Shown piece after piece: positions 60,974 through 64,000 of a DNA stretch of 64,000 nucleotides (positions are counted from its first letter, which is position 1; the number at the start of each line of letters is the position of its first letter). The notes beneath the pieces were generated by a model that saw only the letters and a list, made by a program, of their open reading frames with translations, did no database searches and had not been told where the DNA came from. Made by a program: the position numbers and the translations under genes. Source of the DNA: an uncultured delta proteobacterium (GTDB lineage: Bacteria; Myxococcota_A; Polyangia; Polyangiales; Polyangiaceae); NCBI GenBank assembly GCA_963782055.1, contig CAWAIF010000003.1, forward strand, positions 416,001 to 480,000, read 5' to 3'.

Positions 60974-62677
60974 ATGCGGCCGCCGCGCGCCCGTCTCCGG
61001 ATCCTGGCGCTCCTCGCCGTCCTCGCAGCGCTCGCGCTGCTGATGGGGTGCGAGCGCGACTACGGTCCCTCCCTCATCCAGGTGGACGCCCTCGCGCCCC
61101 GTCAGGTCGAGCTGGGCGATCGCCTGGAGGTGTCCGGCGTCGGCTTTCCGCAGGGGCACGAGGCGCGGCTCACCTTCCGCGGGGTGCTGCATCGGCCCGG
61201 CGAGGACCCCGTCACCGGCGCCTCGATCGACGTGGAGGGCGAGGTCGCCGCCCCCGACCGCATCGAGGTGCCCGTCACCGCCGCCGTGCTCGCCCTCTTC
61301 TGCCGGGGCGGCGCGCTCGCGGTCCACACGACCTTCGAGGGCGCGCTCGACGTGGTGTTCGCCGCCTCGTCCCCTGGGGCTCCGCCCGTCGCCGGCACCC
61401 TGCTCCAAACCACCCTCGACCTGATGCCGCCCTCGCCCTCGCGTGCGATCGCCCTCGACGACGCGCAGGAGGCGAGCCGGCTTCTGGCGGCCGTGGGACT
61501 TCACGCCGGCACGCCGCAGCCAGGGGGCGGTCTGGTGATCGCCTCCGTCGACGCGCAGTCCCCCGCCGCCCGCGCGGGGCTCCTCCCCGACGACCTCGTC
61601 GTCGCCGCCTCCGGCGTGCGCACGCAGACCCTGGCCGACCTCGCGCCGCCGCCGTCCGCGACGGCGGTGACGCTCGCCGTGCGCCGCGGGGCCGGCGCGC
61701 GCGAGGAACTGCACCAGCTCGCGGTGCCCGCCGGCGCCGCCGCCGCGCCGCGCCGCTTCGCCGTGCCCGCCATCCTCGTGGCCGCGGTGGCGCTGCTCAT
61801 CCTGCTCCGCCACCTGCCGCGCGGGGCGACCATCCCCTGGCTGCGCGCGCGCGCCGCCGACCGCGGCCCGACGTCGGAGACGGAGGACGTGCCCGTCTCG
61901 CTCTGGGCCGCCGGCTCGGTGCTCGTCTTCCTGCTCGGGTGGCTCGCGCCGCGCGCCGACGTGAGCCTCGTGCTTCTCGTCAGCTGGATGGCGCTCGCGT
62001 GCACCAGCCTCCTCGCCTCGCGCTCCCTCGGCGCCGGCGCCGTCCGCGCCCTGCACACCGTCGTGCGGTCGCTGCTGCCCGCCATCGCCTGCTTCGCGGT
62101 GGTCACCACCCTCGGCTCGCTGCGCGCCGACGAGATCACCGCCGTTCAGGGCGGCTGGCCATGGGGCTTCGGGCTCTTCCGCGGGCCGGCGCACCCGCTC
62201 CTCGGCGTCGCCGCGCTGCTGCCCTTCTGCGTGCGCACCCGCGACGGCGCGGCGGCCTCGTCCCACCTGGCGCGCGCAGAAGCCCTCGCCCGGCTGCTCG
62301 GGTGCGCCCTCTTCGCGATCCTCTTCCTCGGTGGGGCGCGCGTCCCGGGCCTCGCCTCCGGCCAGGCTCGACCGTGGGCGCTCGTGGGCGCAGGCATCCT
62401 GCTCCTCAAGACGTGGGCGGCGCTGGGGCTTCTGACCCGGCTCAGGCGTGCCATCCCCGAGCTCACCTCCCGCGCCTTCACCGTCTGGCTCCTCAAGTGG
62501 GCGGCGCCCGCGGCGCTCGCGGCGTCCCTGGTCGCCTGGGTCTGGGAGGCGCGTGTGGCCGACCACGGCCTGCGCGCAGCCACGAGCTTCGCCACGCTCG
62601 CGCTGGTCGCGGCGCTGCTGCTGGCGCTGGTGCCCGGGCGCCCCGCCAAGCGGCCCGCCCTCGACGCCTTCCTGTAG
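60974..62677 (+). CDS. Membrane protein: lipoprotein-type N-terminus, Ig-like and PDZ-like domains, and a C-terminal degenerate NuoH/ND1-like TM bundle
   Basis: LLMGC lipobox, ASVDAQSPAARAGLLPDD PDZ, and GSLRADEITAVQGGWPW...LFAILFLGG...LLLKTW as in the NuoH C-terminal half. Confidence 0.6.
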   Translation: MRPPRARLRILALLAVLAALALLMGCERDYGPSLIQVDALAPRQVELGDRLEVSGVGFPQGHEARLTFRGVLHRPGEDPVTGASIDVEGEVAAPDRIEVPVTAAVLALFCRGGALAVHTTFEGALDVVFAASSPGAPPVAGTLLQTTLDLMPPSPSRAIALDDAQEASRLLAAVGLHAGTPQPGGGLVIASVDAQSPAARAGLLPDDLVVAASGVRTQTLADLAPPPSATAVTLAVRRGAGAREELHQLAVPAGAAAAPRRFAVPAILVAAVALLILLRHLPRGATIPWLRARAADRGPTSETEDVPVSLWAAGSVLVFLLGWLAPRADVSLVLLVSWMALACTSLLASRSLGAGAVRALHTVVRSLLPAIACFAVVTTLGSLRADEITAVQGGWPWGFGLFRGPAHPLLGVAALLPFCVRTRDGAAASSHLARAEALARLLGCALFAILFLGGARVPGLASGQARPWALVGAGILLLKTWAALGLLTRLRRAIPELTSRAFTVWLLKWAAPAALAASLVAWVWEARVADHGLRAATSFATLALVAALLLALVPGRPAKRPALDAFL

Positions 62678-62726
62678 CCGAAGGCCGGTGTGGACAGGGC
62701 GCGGCCGTGCGCCTAAAGGATTGCCG

Positions 62727-63479
62727 ATGGTGTATCGCGGCCCGGCAGACGCGGGGGCGCCGGGACGTCAGCGCTTCGTGTACATCCCCCGGCCGCGGAC
62801 GTGGCGCGCGTGGGTGGTGGACCTCATGGTGCTCGTCTCGGTGGTGACCGTGATCGCCATGGTCGCGCACCGCGACGTCGTCACGTGCCGCTGGGCCAAC
62901 GCACGCGCCTCGTGCGACCTCGCCGAGGAGACCGCCCTCGGCAACGTCACCCACCGGACCTTTGGCGGCATTCACTCGGCGGCCTACCGTGTGGGCACGC
63001 GCGTCGGCTTCGTGACCGACACCAACAACCGCGACGCCAACGCCCTGTTCGCCACGCGGGAGCTCGTCCTCGCCGACGAGGCCTCCGCCGAGAAGGTGGA
63101 GGCCTTCGCCAACGATCGCGATCCCGACGTCGTCTCGGTCACCGGCGGCGCGTCGCACCCGCTCGCGTACACCCTCGGTCTGTTGGCCATCCTGCTCACG
63201 TACACGCTCGTCACGCGCAGCCCCGCGTACTCTCTGGTCATCGACAGGGGCGAGCGCCTGCTCTTCCTGCGCAAGGGCCGCAACGTGGAGCGCTTCGAGC
63301 TCGCCACGGTGGAGGGAATGGACGTGGAGAACAAGGCGGCGGGGCTGCATCGCGTTCGCCTCCGCCTCGCGGGAGCGAAGCCCAGGCCGCTCACCCCGGA
63401 CTTCTACCCCGGCGGTCATCACCACGACTTCGCGGCGGAGGTCTCGAGCGCCCTCGCCCCGCAGGACGCCGGGGGATGA
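62727..63479 (+). CDS. Hypothetical membrane protein (two TM segments)
   Basis: Two hydrophobic helices, GC3-biased codons and an ATGA overlap with the next gene. Confidence 0.6.
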   Translation: MVYRGPADAGAPGRQRFVYIPRPRTWRAWVVDLMVLVSVVTVIAMVAHRDVVTCRWANARASCDLAEETALGNVTHRTFGGIHSAAYRVGTRVGFVTDTNNRDANALFATRELVLADEASAEKVEAFANDRDPDVVSVTGGASHPLAYTLGLLAILLTYTLVTRSPAYSLVIDRGERLLFLRKGRNVERFELATVEGMDVENKAAGLHRVRLRLAGAKPRPLTPDFYPGGHHHDFAAEVSSALAPQDAGG

Positions 63480-63868
63480 GACGAGCGCTCGCGTCGGTCG
63501 TCGTCGCGGCGTTCGCCCTCGCGGCCTGCGCCTCCAGCGCCGGCAGCGTGGACCCGCAGCCCGCGTGCATGGAGCGCGCGGCCTGGCCCGACAGGACCTC
63601 GGCGGCGTGCACCCAGTGCCTGGGCGACGCCGTCCTGCCAGCCTGCTCGTGCCGCACCGACCCGGGCGCGGCGGCGTGCGCCACGCAGCAGCAGGCGCAG
63701 GATCTGGAGCCGGACTGCGCCGACGTGCAGCCGTGCCTGCTCGCATGCGCGGGCGACTGCGCGTGCGTCGGTGGCTGCTACGCCGGCCACGACGCCTGCC
63801 GCCACGTCGCGGCGAACCTGCAGGGGTGCCTGATCGACGTCTGCGCGACGGCGTGTGGCGGGCGCTGA
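63476..63868 (+). CDS. Small Cys-rich lipoprotein
   Basis: MRRALASVVVAAFALAAC lipobox and many CxxC/CxxxC motifs. Confidence 0.7.
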   Translation: MRRALASVVVAAFALAACASSAGSVDPQPACMERAAWPDRTSAACTQCLGDAVLPACSCRTDPGAAACATQQQAQDLEPDCADVQPCLLACAGDCACVGGCYAGHDACRHVAANLQGCLIDVCATACGGR

Positions 63869-64000
63869 GCGTGAGGATGGGCAGGACGCTCCGGTAGGCC
63901 GTGGGCTGGGGCAGGCCGCCTTATCGTCCTGAAATAAGTAAGTTATATCGGTATGTTGCAAGAAAAGCGACATGCGCGACCGTTTACTACTTGCGCGTAC

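Overview
High-GC window (well above 65% by eye), very probably from a myxobacterium of the Polyangiales/Sorangiineae. Support for this comes from a MYXO-CTERM protein, a GltJ/AgmX-like ZnR-GYF protein, two TSP3-OmpA proteins, a DUF4388 domain, Hanks kinase and FHA proteins, and Cys-rich lipoproteins. It is mostly core chromosome: udk, rpmH-rnpA-yidD-yidC-jag, lpxK, an E2 acyltransferase, rsmB, rseP, divergent purQ/purL, sthA, pmbA, scpAB, manC, and a receptor-less cheY-cheA-cheW-cheW-HEAT-cheR-cheB cluster. I saw no transposase, integrase, prophage, CRISPR array, rRNA or tRNA. The main observations are: (1) an unannotated ~140-nt three-hairpin sRNA candidate (36601-36739) with its own promoter, a terminator and two near-identical C-rich anti-Shine-Dalgarno loops; (2) a coupled FHA-GGDEF / class-III aminotransferase / LuxE-like / LuxC-like operon without luciferase, suggesting a fatty acid to aldehyde to amine pathway; (3) a 24-bp palindrome in four copies within 5.4 kb, two of them inside genes in different reading frames; (4) many TANNNT -10 boxes 6-8 nt before start codons, suggesting leaderless mRNAs; (5) a multi-degenerate MshEN-HD-GYP-REC-DUF4388 protein and a lipoprotein-PDZ-NuoH-like fusion; (6) two dispersed REP-like repeat families, a perfect CRP-type box inside the che cluster, and two +1 frameshifts (yidC, NamZ-like) that are probably assembly errors. 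All calls come from reading motifs by eye; no database searches were run.
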